A DNA stretch of 64,000 bases, taken from Bacteroidales bacterium. GTDB lineage: Bacteria; Bacteroidota; Bacteroidia; Bacteroidales; UBA1715. The position numbers and the translations under genes were made by a program. The stretch spans positions 93,989 through 157,988 of the forward strand of contig JAKSTZ010000001.1 in the NCBI GenBank assembly GCA_024402335.1, given 5' to 3'. Below the pieces are notes generated by a model. The model saw only the letters and a list, made by a program, of their open reading frames with translations, did not search any database and was not told where the DNA came from. Positions 17,488 to 27,016 of this stretch are shown here, one piece after another. Each line of letters opens with the position of its first letter. Positions within the stretch are counted from its first letter, which is position 1.

Positions 17488-18188
17488 AGTATTCCTTTTT
17501 CTATTTTCGAGACAAGAGGAATCAACAAACTGTTTTCTATCAATGTGTGTTTGTTTAAATCTGTCTCTATCTTAAAAATATCGTTCAAGACATCTATACG
17601 TACAGAATGATTAGAAGCACATTGATCATCGGATAAATACTTTACAATAATGTTCTTCAAATCGCGCAACTTTTCATCTATATCACTATGATTTTTTTCA
17701 AAATCCAAGATATGATACTTAGAATTCTGTTCCCCATGTATTACCGACATCACATACGGGAATACAACATTTTCTTCATAAGCCAGATGTTTTTCAACCT
17801 CAGCATCATAATCATCATAAAACTGATTAAGAACACGTTGATTTATAGCATCGCAGGATTGCAACATGGCATGTATATTCGCATGTAAGCGAGGAAAACA
17901 TTGCTCTAACCAATAACTATGAGTCTTTTTCAGATAAGAAACTACTTTTGGAATATCACTTCTTGTAAGTCCTTCTATACTTGGCACATACGAATCCGAC
18001 GTATATATATTACATATAAGTATGAATAGGTTTGTTGAGAGACCATACTTTCCACAAATTTCCTCTATTGTTGCCTCGCCAAAGCCAAGACGAATATTCA
18101 ACCGCTCTAAAATAGACAGTTGCTCTGGGCAACATACTATTTCAGCCATTTTCATTTTTGCAGAATAGGTAATTGTAGTAGGATTCAT
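17484..18188 (-). CDS. Hemerythrin (HHE cation-binding) domain protein
   Basis: H/E-rich motifs: HSYWLEQCFPRLHANIH, EVEKHLAYEENVVFPY, FEKNHSDIDEKL. The stop overlaps the LuxR start (ATGA). The ATG at 18186-18188 is preferred over the track start at 18254. Confidence 0.65.
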   Translation of the reverse strand: MNPTTITYSAKMKMAEIVCCPEQLSILERLNIRLGFGEATIEEICGKYGLSTNLFILICNIYTSDSYVPSIEGLTRSDIPKVVSYLKKTHSYWLEQCFPRLHANIHAMLQSCDAINQRVLNQFYDDYDAEVEKHLAYEENVVFPYVMSVIHGEQNSKYHILDFEKNHSDIDEKLRDLKNIIVKYLSDDQCASNHSVRIDVLNDIFKIETDLNKHTLIENSLLIPLVSKIEKGIL

Positions 18189-18267
18189 TTCTAAAATTTT
18201 CCTAAAGATACAAATTTTTAAAAAAGGACAGACTAACCATCTATCCTTTCTCAAACAAACCTAAAAA

Positions 18268-20685
18268 TTATACTATCAAATTTCCAATATTATAGACAAC
18301 AAGCGCTATCAACCAGGCAATCAAAGAATTATAAATCACCGTAAACGTAGCCCATCGTTTTTTTCCAGACTCTCCATACACAGCCGCTATAGTCGCCATA
18401 CAAGGGAATGTAAGCAACATAAACACCATCATTGCCATTGCAGAAGCCTTACTGAATGTACCCGCACGAATAATATTCTCTCCCAAAGTATCTTCATCTT
18501 CATTACCATACAATACTCCGAGTGTACTTACCGCTATTTCCTTCGCCGGAATGCTTGCAACTACCGCTACACTTGCTCTCCAATCGAATCCCAATGGTGC
18601 CATGATAGGCTCAATTAACTTACCAAATTTGCCCAAATATGAATCCTCACAATTCTTTTCGTCCGGTGCAGCTTCGACAAGAACAACCTCGCCTGTTTCC
18701 GTCACTTGTTCCACCATTGGACGTGGAAAATAAGTTAGAACCCACACAACAACAGTTGCAGCAAGGATTACTGTTCCTATCTTCTTTATATATTGTAAAC
18801 ATTTGTCCCACATGTGTTTAAGCACAGCCAAAACTGTCGGCATACGATACGGTGGAAGTTCCATAACAAAAGGTGTTTCGTCTTCGCCAAACTTCACAGC
18901 ACGGAGCATTTTTGCCGTAAAAGCAGCAACCAAAATTCCCAACAAATACAACAAAATCATAACCGTTGCCGCATGTCCTGGAAAGAATGTACCAGCAAAC
19001 AACACATAGATAGGCAAACGTGCGCTACACGACATAAACGGAACAATCAACATAGTTATCAAGCGACTACTACGACTTTCTATCGTACGAGTTGCCATAA
19101 CTGCCGGAGCATTACAGCCAAACCCCATAAGCATAGGTACAAAAGATTTCCCATGAAGTCCCATTTTATGCATTAAACTATCCATAATGAATGCCGCACG
19201 AGACATATAGCCGGAATCTTCCATCAAGGAAATGAACAGATATAACAACAATATATTTGGCACAAACGAACAAACTGCACCTACTCCGGCAAGAATACCA
19301 TCAACGACTAAAGAGCGCAATGCAGAATTTGGCATAATTGAATTCAACATATCGGCCAATGCCGTAAAGCCCATTTCTATCCAATCTTGCGGATATGATC
19401 CGAGTTGGAATGTGACAAAAAACATCAGCCACATTATAAATATAAACAACGGGAAGCCTAACCACTTGTTTGCCACCAAGCGGTCGATTTTTCTTGTAAT
19501 CTTATTGATATCGATTTTTCCTTCTTCAAAAGTTTCTTGAAGTGCGCCCGAAATAAATCCATATTTTGCATCGCTTATAGCGGTTTCGATATCATTATCA
19601 AGTTCTTTCTCTATTTGCTGACGGGATTTTTCGGCCGTGTGCTCCCATTCCTGATAATTCTTACAAGACTGTAGAACAGACACTGCTTCGGTATCGCCTT
19701 CTATCATTTTCAAAGCCCAATACCGTGCCGGAAATTGCTGTGGTAAATCAACAACTTCGTGCAAATCTTTCGACAAAGCCGAAATTTCAGGTTCCATCAC
19801 GGTACCATAATTAATATGTATATGACGAGTTTGTTGATCTCTGTCTATCTCTTTTCCTTCGAATACAGAAATAATCGTATCGAGTAAGGCATTCAAACCT
19901 TGTCCATTCTTCGCAACCGTTGGGACCATAGGAATTCCCAACATCGAACCTAATTTTTTATAGTCGAGTTTCGCACCGCTGGCCGACAATTCATCGTACA
20001 TATTCAATGCAACAACAACACGTTGACTTAAGTCAATCAATTCTGTCGTCAAATACAGATTGCGTTCAAGGTTCGAGGCAACAACCGCATTCACAATAAT
20101 ATCGGGCATGGTTTGCTGTAAATGCCGACGAACATAAACTTCCTCCGGAGAATATGCCGACAGCGAATACGTTCCCGGCAAATCTGTTACGTTAAAGTGA
20201 TAACCCTTATAATTAAAATGACCCGTTTTTACATCAACTGTGACGCCACTATAATTACCCACATGTTCATTGCCACCCGACAACGCATTAAACAACGATG
20301 TTTTACCACTGTTAGGATTTCCAACGAATGCAATATTGATGATATTTCTCTGAGTTGTTTTATGAAAATCATTCTTGCAACTACCACAACAACCGCAGTC
20401 GTCGCAAGAAAAATATGTTGGAGCACTTGCATCTTCGCCCGACACCAAAGCATCGGCCGCATCCTCAGAAAGCACTTCAATCAAATCAGCCTCGGCACGA
20501 CGTAACGACACATCGTAGCCCATAATTAAATATTTTATAGGATCATTTGTTGGAGCATTTATAACAGAAGTTACCTTGTGACCACGCACAAACCCCATTT
20601 CCATGATTCGTTTACGAAAGCCTCCATGGCCCGAAACACGAACAATTATGGCCGATTCACCGTTCTTTAATTCCGACAGCTTCAT
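18268..20685 (-). CDS. feoB: Fused FeoA-FeoB ferrous iron transporter
   Basis: N-terminal FeoA SH3-like region (LSELKNGESAIIVRV), G-domain G1 motif GNPNSGKTSLFN, and a large polytopic permease. 805 aa. Confidence 0.95.
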   Translation of the reverse strand: MKLSELKNGESAIIVRVSGHGGFRKRIMEMGFVRGHKVTSVINAPTNDPIKYLIMGYDVSLRRAEADLIEVLSEDAADALVSGEDASAPTYFSCDDCGCCGSCKNDFHKTTQRNIINIAFVGNPNSGKTSLFNALSGGNEHVGNYSGVTVDVKTGHFNYKGYHFNVTDLPGTYSLSAYSPEEVYVRRHLQQTMPDIIVNAVVASNLERNLYLTTELIDLSQRVVVALNMYDELSASGAKLDYKKLGSMLGIPMVPTVAKNGQGLNALLDTIISVFEGKEIDRDQQTRHIHINYGTVMEPEISALSKDLHEVVDLPQQFPARYWALKMIEGDTEAVSVLQSCKNYQEWEHTAEKSRQQIEKELDNDIETAISDAKYGFISGALQETFEEGKIDINKITRKIDRLVANKWLGFPLFIFIMWLMFFVTFQLGSYPQDWIEMGFTALADMLNSIMPNSALRSLVVDGILAGVGAVCSFVPNILLLYLFISLMEDSGYMSRAAFIMDSLMHKMGLHGKSFVPMLMGFGCNAPAVMATRTIESRSSRLITMLIVPFMSCSARLPIYVLFAGTFFPGHAATVMILLYLLGILVAAFTAKMLRAVKFGEDETPFVMELPPYRMPTVLAVLKHMWDKCLQYIKKIGTVILAATVVVWVLTYFPRPMVEQVTETGEVVLVEAAPDEKNCEDSYLGKFGKLIEPIMAPLGFDWRASVAVVASIPAKEIAVSTLGVLYGNEDEDTLGENIIRAGTFSKASAMAMMVFMLLTFPCMATIAAVYGESGKKRWATFTVIYNSLIAWLIALVVYNIGNLIV

Positions 20686-20704
20686 ATATCATCTATTTGC
20701 GACA

Positions 20705-20712
20705 CAAACATA
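20705..20712 (-). promoter_or_regulatory. Bacteroidetes-type -7 promoter box (TATGTTTG on the minus strand) for feoAB
   Basis: Matches TAnnTTTG; 20 nt upstream of ATG 20685. Confidence 0.4.
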
Positions 20713-20733
20713 CGCACAAGCGGAAAACTTTCC

Positions 20734-20753
20734 AATCACTATTTATTGTGATT
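20734..20753. promoter_or_regulatory. Palindrome AATCAC-N8-GTGATT, candidate (Fur-like?) operator over the feoAB -33 region
   Basis: Perfect 6-bp arms at 20734-20739 and 20748-20753, plus a third AATCAC half-site at 20765-20770. Confidence 0.45.
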
Positions 20754-20830
20754 TTTCGAAACAAAATCACTTTTTATTATGACAGCAAAAACAAAGATAT
20801 AAAGCAAGCATTTTTCTCTTCCAAAATTTA

Positions 20831-20838
20831 TATCTTTG
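20831..20838 (+). promoter_or_regulatory. Bacteroidetes-type -7 promoter box (TATCTTTG)
   Basis: Matches TAnnTTTG just upstream of the TPR-phosphatase gene. It overlaps the track's TTG start, which argues for a later ATG. Confidence 0.4.
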
Positions 20839-20862
20839 ACTCAAAGAATGTTCTTCAAAAAA

Positions 20863-23439
20863 ATGAAAAAAATCATTTCAGTATTACTCCTTTGTTGTTC
20901 CGTGTTTGCATACGCACAGACACGGCATTCCATTGATAGTCTGGAAAATGTGTTAGACAAAGCAAAAGGCGACGAAAAAATTACGACACTACAAAAACTG
21001 TCGATTCTATATCTTAACGAATCTCCACAAAAAGCATTCGAAGCTGCAAGAAAAGTATTCTACTACACATCTTTTAGTACCAATACTACCCTACTTTCCG
21101 ACGCATATTACACAATAGGCTATCTTCATTCTAAAACAAGTTCCTTAGACTCGGCAAAGATTTACTTCAACAAAGCATTACAAACAAGCGAAACCAACGA
21201 ACAAACTGCAAAAATCCTAGACAATCTTGGCACAACATACCGAGAATTAAGCAAATACGATTCTTCCCTTGTCTGCCACGAGCAAGCATTAAAATTAGAA
21301 CAAATTCTTGGTGACCGCGAAGCTATTTCTATCTGCTACAAGAACATAGGCAATGTGCACATGCAAATGGCGAGATACGAAGATGCTTTGGAATACTACA
21401 AGTTTTCGTTAGAGCAACGTTCCGAAGAAACCGATAAGAAAGCAATAGCCTCGCTATACAACAGCATGAGTAACGCATTAGTCGGGCTAAACAAATACGG
21501 TGAAGCGCTTTCGTACTTGACACAAGCTGTTGACCTACAAGCACAAATCGGCGACAAAGCTGACGAAGCTTATACATTAAACGGCATCGGTAACTTTTAT
21601 TTCCGCCTAAAAGTTTACGACAAAGCACAGGAATACTATACTAAAGCACTTGACCTACGACTACAAGTCGGAGACAAGAATGACATTGCCGCATCGCAAT
21701 TCAATATTGCCACCGTACACCGTGATTTAGGCAACTACCGCGAAGCGCTTAAATACTATAGTCAGGCATTGGAGCTCCGTAAACAAACCGACAACAAAGA
21801 AGCCCAAGCGCTGATTTACAACGCAATAGGTGGAACATACAAGAATCAGAAAGCCTATCAAAAAGCAATAGACAATTACCAACTTGCACTTGAAAGCAAT
21901 GAAAAAATCGGCAGCAAGAAAAACATTGCGAGTTCGTACGAACGTCTTGGTATGATATACAAAGACACTTGCCTATACGACAAAGCAGCGAATTACTACC
22001 AAAAGGCAACAAACGAATATCTTGCCATTGGCGACACACTCAATGTTGGTAGAATGTACAACTTCTACGGCAACCTCAACAAAGAAAAAGGCGACATGGC
22101 TGCCGCAATGCAATGCTACGAAAAAGCTATGCAATTCTACAAAAACAATCTTTTAGGAAAAGCATACACAACATTCAACCAAGGAAAGATAACAAACTCC
22201 GAACCGCACTACCTACGAGCATTGGAATATGCAGAACAATGTGAAGAAAAAACACTCGTACGCGATATTTTATATGCATTGTACACGTTAAAGAAACAAC
22301 AAAACAACAAAGAACTATCGCTTGCATACTTTGAACGATATGTTGCACTGAAAGACACTATCGAGAACGATAAGAACAAAGAACGTATAGCCGAATTGGA
22401 ATTTGAATCGGATATTAAAGTATTGGAGCATGTCAACGAAAACCAATTACTCCGCCTACGTGAAGAGGAACTAAAAAACAGCCAGACTCATATTTTCATT
22501 GGTTTTCTTTGTTTGATTTTGTTGGCAATCCTTGCATTCTCCATCATTATCTACAAGCAATTCGCACAAAAGAAAAATGCGTTTAATTTATTATCACAAA
22601 AGCAATTAGAGGTTGAGTCTGCCTACAGCGACGTAAAAAAAGTAAATGACGTTTTAGCCCACAAGAACTCACAAATTACCGACAGCTTAACATACGCTAA
22701 ACGTATTCAAAAGTCTATTCTTCCTTCGGAAACAGAAATCGCAGGTGTTTTCCCGCAACATTTCATCTACTATTTACCAAAAGAAATAGTAAGTGGTGAT
22801 TTCTATTGGTTTTCGGAAATAGACAACTACGTATTTTTTGCCGCAGTTGACTGTACCGGCCACGGCGTTCCGGGTGCCTGCATGTCGATGGTAGGCAACA
22901 CATTATTAAATCAGATTATAAATGAGAACAAAATAACTTCCCCATCGGAGATACTTAACCAACTCGACACAGAAGTTATGAAGACATTACGTCAGAATGA
23001 GGATAACGATTCGCAGGAAGACGGAATGGCAATTTCATTAATCCGCTACGACAAGAGTAAATCGGAGATAGTATTTGCCGGTGCCGGGCAGAAAATTCTT
23101 GTACACAATGCCAAAGGGCTACAGGAATATGCAACATCGTTGTATAGCATTGGCGGTATGCACGCATACAAACAAACCAAACAAATGAAATTTGAGGAAA
23201 CCACGATTTCCGTAGAGCCAAACACAAGCATATACTTATATTCAGACGGATTCGCAGATCAATTTGGCGGCGGAGACAAAAAAGAACGATATTCTTCGCA
23301 ACGATTCAAACAAATGATTGCCGACATGCAATCGATGGATATGGCAGAACAATTCATGAATGTATCAAGAACATTTGATTCATGGAAAGGTAGCGAAAAA
23401 CAAATTGACGACATACTTGTCGTGGGTTTAAAACTATAA
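20863..23439 (+). CDS. TPR-repeat / TM / SpoIIE (PP2C-like) serine phosphatase domain protein
   Basis: Signal-like MKKIISVLLLCCSVFAYAQ, about 10 TPR units, the TM segment IFIGFLCLILLAILAFSIIIY, and the C-terminal SGDFYWF...AAVDCTGHGVPGACMSM motif of SpoIIE/PP2C. ATG 20848 is an alternative start. Confidence 0.85.
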   Translation: MKKIISVLLLCCSVFAYAQTRHSIDSLENVLDKAKGDEKITTLQKLSILYLNESPQKAFEAARKVFYYTSFSTNTTLLSDAYYTIGYLHSKTSSLDSAKIYFNKALQTSETNEQTAKILDNLGTTYRELSKYDSSLVCHEQALKLEQILGDREAISICYKNIGNVHMQMARYEDALEYYKFSLEQRSEETDKKAIASLYNSMSNALVGLNKYGEALSYLTQAVDLQAQIGDKADEAYTLNGIGNFYFRLKVYDKAQEYYTKALDLRLQVGDKNDIAASQFNIATVHRDLGNYREALKYYSQALELRKQTDNKEAQALIYNAIGGTYKNQKAYQKAIDNYQLALESNEKIGSKKNIASSYERLGMIYKDTCLYDKAANYYQKATNEYLAIGDTLNVGRMYNFYGNLNKEKGDMAAAMQCYEKAMQFYKNNLLGKAYTTFNQGKITNSEPHYLRALEYAEQCEEKTLVRDILYALYTLKKQQNNKELSLAYFERYVALKDTIENDKNKERIAELEFESDIKVLEHVNENQLLRLREEELKNSQTHIFIGFLCLILLAILAFSIIIYKQFAQKKNAFNLLSQKQLEVESAYSDVKKVNDVLAHKNSQITDSLTYAKRIQKSILPSETEIAGVFPQHFIYYLPKEIVSGDFYWFSEIDNYVFFAAVDCTGHGVPGACMSMVGNTLLNQIINENKITSPSEILNQLDTEVMKTLRQNEDNDSQEDGMAISLIRYDKSKSEIVFAGAGQKILVHNAKGLQEYATSLYSIGGMHAYKQTKQMKFEETTISVEPNTSIYLYSDGFADQFGGGDKKERYSSQRFKQMIADMQSMDMAEQFMNVSRTFDSWKGSEKQIDDILVVGLKL

Positions 23440-23441
23440 CT

Positions 23442-24104
23442 ATGGCGACACCTTTAGCAGAAGCTCTTATCTTTATTCGCCATCACCAAGATGGTGAAAT
23501 TGCCGAAAAAATACGTGAAAGCGGCTTGCAATATAATATGAATTACGGCGTATCGTCGCTCCTTTTGGCAAATTACGCAAAAGCACGCGAGCGCAACCAA
23601 GAACTTGCCGACCAATTATGGAAAGAAAATTTCCGTGAGGCAAAATTGTTGTCGTTTATGTTCGCCGAACACGAAAATTGTCCGGATTCCACTGTGCAAC
23701 AATACGTTACCGGTTGCGTGAACAACGAGATGGCGGAAATCGGTGTAACATATTTTTTTGCGAAACTAACAAACGCATTCAACTACGCAAAAGAATGGAT
23801 AGCTTCGGACAACCGATACAAAAAAATGGTGGGATACTTAACACTTGTACGCTTAACCATGACGAAAAAATTAAGCGATAAAAACGACGTATTGGTATTA
23901 TTTCCAGCCATAGAAAAAGATATCGTTTCCGACGATTACTTTGTATTTCAATCAGTTAGCAAGCTGTTACAAGAATTAGGATTCCGTTGTCCGGAACAGA
24001 AGCCATTATTAATTGAAAAATTACAATACATTTGTGAGGAAAATAAATCCTCAAAATTTGAGTTACAACTAAACGAATTATTAGAAAACATACAAAACTT
24101 TTAA
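23442..24104 (+). CDS. HEAT-like repeat protein, possibly of the DNA alkylation repair (AlkD-like) family
   Basis: 220 aa and all-helical. The N-terminal pattern resembles PF08713-type proteins of Bacteroides, from memory only. Confidence 0.4.
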   Translation: MATPLAEALIFIRHHQDGEIAEKIRESGLQYNMNYGVSSLLLANYAKARERNQELADQLWKENFREAKLLSFMFAEHENCPDSTVQQYVTGCVNNEMAEIGVTYFFAKLTNAFNYAKEWIASDNRYKKMVGYLTLVRLTMTKKLSDKNDVLVLFPAIEKDIVSDDYFVFQSVSKLLQELGFRCPEQKPLLIEKLQYICEENKSSKFELQLNELLENIQNF

Positions 24105-24115
24105 ATAGACACATT

Positions 24116-24859
24116 ATGGGAATGTTAGCAAAAACTTCGAATCCTGCATTTTCGGGTAATGTATTTGAACAACAAACTCGCACATTTGCAGCAAACTCTA
24201 TGACTCTACAAGGTACAGTTAATAAGAGTTTAACATTATTAGGTCTTATTTTGGTAGCAGCCTTAGTCACATGGAAAATGGCTTTTGCAGGAAATGGAAT
24301 GGTTATGCCATTGATGATTGGCGGTTTGATTGTTGGAACTATCAGTTCGTTCATTACCATTTTCAAGCCAGAGAAAGCAAAAGTAACTTCTGTTATCTAC
24401 GCTATTGCCGAAGGTTTGGTATTAGGAGGTATTTCTGCAGTTTACGAAATGGGTAATGGCATAGTATTCAATGCAATACTTCTTACCATAGGCGTATTTT
24501 TCGTGATGTTGTATTTGTACAAGCAACGCATTATTCAACCAACGCAAAAGTTCATGATGGGTATAGTTGCCGCTACAGGAGCTATTGCAATTGTTTACCT
24601 AATTGACCTTATAATGGGCTTCTTCGGTTCTTCTATCGGATTCCTACACAGCAATGGTCCTCTTGGAATTGGCATCAGCCTTGTTATAGTTGCAGTTGCA
24701 GCACTAAACTTTATCCTTGATTTCAAGAATGTGGAAGACGGCGTTGCCAACGGTGCTCCTGAATACATGGAATGGTACTGTGCCTTCGGTCTTATGATGA
24801 CTTTAGTATGGTTGTACTTGGAAATGCTACGATTGCTTTCGAAATTGAATAGAGACTAG
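24116..24859 (+). CDS. Bax inhibitor-1/YccA-like membrane protein (COG4760 type)
   Basis: N-terminal KTSNPAFSGNVF followed by about 6-7 TM helices; 247 aa. Confidence 0.65.
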   Translation: MGMLAKTSNPAFSGNVFEQQTRTFAANSMTLQGTVNKSLTLLGLILVAALVTWKMAFAGNGMVMPLMIGGLIVGTISSFITIFKPEKAKVTSVIYAIAEGLVLGGISAVYEMGNGIVFNAILLTIGVFFVMLYLYKQRIIQPTQKFMMGIVAATGAIAIVYLIDLIMGFFGSSIGFLHSNGPLGIGISLVIVAVAALNFILDFKNVEDGVANGAPEYMEWYCAFGLMMTLVWLYLEMLRLLSKLNRD

Positions 24860-24880
24860 GTAATTGACAATTGATAATTT

Positions 24881-24914
24881 AAAAAACGCAGAACCAATGG
24901 TTCTGCGTTTTTTT
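24881..24914. terminator. Bidirectional Rho-independent terminator
   Basis: Stem CGCAGAACC (24887-24895) / GGTTCTGCG (24899-24907), flanked by A6 and T7. It sits between convergent genes. Confidence 0.8.
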
Positions 24915-25725
24915 ATTGCCACCTGTTTCTTTGTTCTTTATACTGATTGATGGTATAGCCTGTATGTTTTTTAAAAAACATACGTAAAGCTGCAACTTCC
25001 GAAAAGTGGAATTTAGAACAGATTTCTTTTGTTGTTAATCTATTTTCGGCAAGTTCTTTTTGTAATTGATCTATAGTAATTTTGTTAATCCAATACATAG
25101 GAGTTTTTCCAGTTTCCTCTTTTATTTTTGCAGAGAAATACGATGTACTTAAAGACATTTTTTCTGCATAGAACTTGATGTTTCTTTCCTCCTTGCAAAA
25201 CAGAAAAAGCTGTTCCATAAACATAGGATGTAACATTGTCTTCACACCCGACGCAGCATTTTCTAAAACAACAGGAGTAATAGAATTAAGAGCTATAAAC
25301 AAACATAAACAACAATGTTGTACCTCTAACAAGCGTTCTTGTATTGATGGTTTGGGAACCGCAGCTATTTGTTTTTCCAATAACTGCAAAGCATAAGCCT
25401 GATGAATGAAATTATTGCTTTGCTCCGCCGACAATGTAACAACAGGCGTAGAATAGGGTCTTATCTCCACAATTAAAGGCAAAACGAGTTGAAAATAATT
25501 GCTAAATCCACTACGAGGAACACATTGTATGAACGAAGCATCGTTAGATACTTCAATAACCGAAATAGAAGAAATCTTTGCCTTACGAAACAGCATATTT
25601 TCTTTTATTTCAATTTTGTTGCCATCTACAATACATACAACCGTGCCACTAACACAAAAGAGTATGTATTGTTCTGCATCCCATTTAGGAGATTTTGTCT
25701 GCAATACAACATCAAGATAATTCAT
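24913..25725 (-). CDS. AraC-family transcriptional regulator
   Basis: C-terminal double HTH: FYAEKMSLSTSYFSAKIKEETGKTPMYWINK...ICSKFHFSEVAALRMFFKKHTGYT. Confidence 0.85.
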   Translation of the reverse strand: MNYLDVVLQTKSPKWDAEQYILFCVSGTVVCIVDGNKIEIKENMLFRKAKISSISVIEVSNDASFIQCVPRSGFSNYFQLVLPLIVEIRPYSTPVVTLSAEQSNNFIHQAYALQLLEKQIAAVPKPSIQERLLEVQHCCLCLFIALNSITPVVLENAASGVKTMLHPMFMEQLFLFCKEERNIKFYAEKMSLSTSYFSAKIKEETGKTPMYWINKITIDQLQKELAENRLTTKEICSKFHFSEVAALRMFFKKHTGYTINQYKEQRNRWQ

Positions 25726-25916
25726 TTCAAACTACTTTTAATGCACAATTGTAATAAAAATTTACCACACTTCCGTACAATAATAGAAAACACCCACTAT
25801 TATCAAAGGATTGTTTACTAAAAGTTTAGTGCTTATTGCGAATATTTGCAGAAATAAAAAAAATTTAAATATGAAAAAAATTTTATTATGTATTGCCACA
25901 AGTGTAATGGCAATGG

Positions 25917-26025
25917 TTTCCACACCATACATTCCGTAGAATGGCCGTAGGCCATTATTTGAGTAACCTGTGACGAAGTCTCAGGATTAGACTATATGGA
26001 ATGTAATTGGCTGGAAGCCAATACA
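25917..26025. repeat. Cluster of REP-like short hairpin modules (left flank of the cassette)
   Basis: Hairpins AATGGCC-GTA-GGCCATT (25939-25955) and ATTGGCT-GGA-AGCCAAT (26005-26021). The modules ccatacattccgtag (25924-25938) and gagtaacctgtgacgaagtctcagga (25960-25985) recur at 27.4-27.7 kb. Confidence 0.75.
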
Positions 26026-26138
26026 AGAATTATGTGATTTGTAATAATTTTTGCAAAATCCTCAAAAAAAGATTAGTTTTTCATGCAGTCTTTTGCATTT
26101 TTTAGAACTATATAGATAAACGAAAAATTTAAAGAATT

Positions 26139-27008
26139 ATGAAGAAATTATTAGTTTCAATGGTATGTTTGATTGCTATAGTAACAGCATACGCACAAGA
26201 TTCCTACTATTGGTATAAAGGAGAAAAAATACAATTAAAAGAAGTAAAGACTGAATATTTTATCTGTTATACAGATAAAAATCTATTTGACTATTTGAAG
26301 AAATCGGATGATGTAATACAAAATACATCAGGAATGTCTTTCCCAAATATGAATCTACAAGCAGGGGTTGAGTCAAAACTACAGGAATACTTTTATTCAA
26401 TTGTTCCAGCAACTAAATTAGATGAGATTTCACAAAATTATGAGATTCCATATATTACAAAAAATTATAAGTTAGATGGTTCAGAAGAAGACTTCTGTGT
26501 TTCAAATATTTTTTATGTGAAACTGAAATCTGAAGATGATTTCTCCGTTTTACAAAACATGGCAGAACAATATGATGTCACAATAGTCGGAAATAATGAA
26601 TTCAATCCATTATGGTATAGTTTAATTTGTTTTAACACAAAAAATGGTGATGCACTTCATTTGGCAAATCTATTTTTCGAATCAGGTGCTTTTGCTGCTT
26701 CAGAACCAGATTTAATGGGTGGTTTACCAACAGCGGTCATCTCAGTTGAGCAAGAAAAAGAAGTCTCTTTAAGAATGACAAACAATTCTTCATTGAATTT
26801 ACAGGCAAATCTGTCAAACTTACATTCGGTGATTTCTATCAATGTATATAATATTCAAGGAGTACAGGTTAAGGGAATGACATTATGTAATACCAATTCC
26901 TTTAACGAGGAAATTGAATTATGTGGAGAACCTATTGGCTTATATGTTGTTGTTGTACAAGCAGATGGCAAAATAATATTTAGTAAAAAAGTCCTAATTT
27001 GCAAATAA
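26139..27008 (+). CDS. Secreted hypothetical protein with a probable T9SS type-A C-terminal sorting domain
   Basis: Signal peptide MKKLLVSMVCLIAIVTAYAQ. The C-terminus INVYNIQGVQVKG...GLYVVVVQADGKIIFSKKVLI resembles Por-secretion tails. Confidence 0.55.
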   Translation: MKKLLVSMVCLIAIVTAYAQDSYYWYKGEKIQLKEVKTEYFICYTDKNLFDYLKKSDDVIQNTSGMSFPNMNLQAGVESKLQEYFYSIVPATKLDEISQNYEIPYITKNYKLDGSEEDFCVSNIFYVKLKSEDDFSVLQNMAEQYDVTIVGNNEFNPLWYSLICFNTKNGDALHLANLFFESGAFAASEPDLMGGLPTAVISVEQEKEVSLRMTNNSSLNLQANLSNLHSVISINVYNIQGVQVKGMTLCNTNSFNEEIELCGEPIGLYVVVVQADGKIIFSKKVLICK

Positions 27009-27016
27009 TTAGAAAT

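Noticed and set aside
18551-20505. Several 60-127-aa ORFs on both strands within feoB
   Set aside because: All are nested in or antisense to the 805-aa FeoAB frame, which carries clear G-domain and permease signatures.
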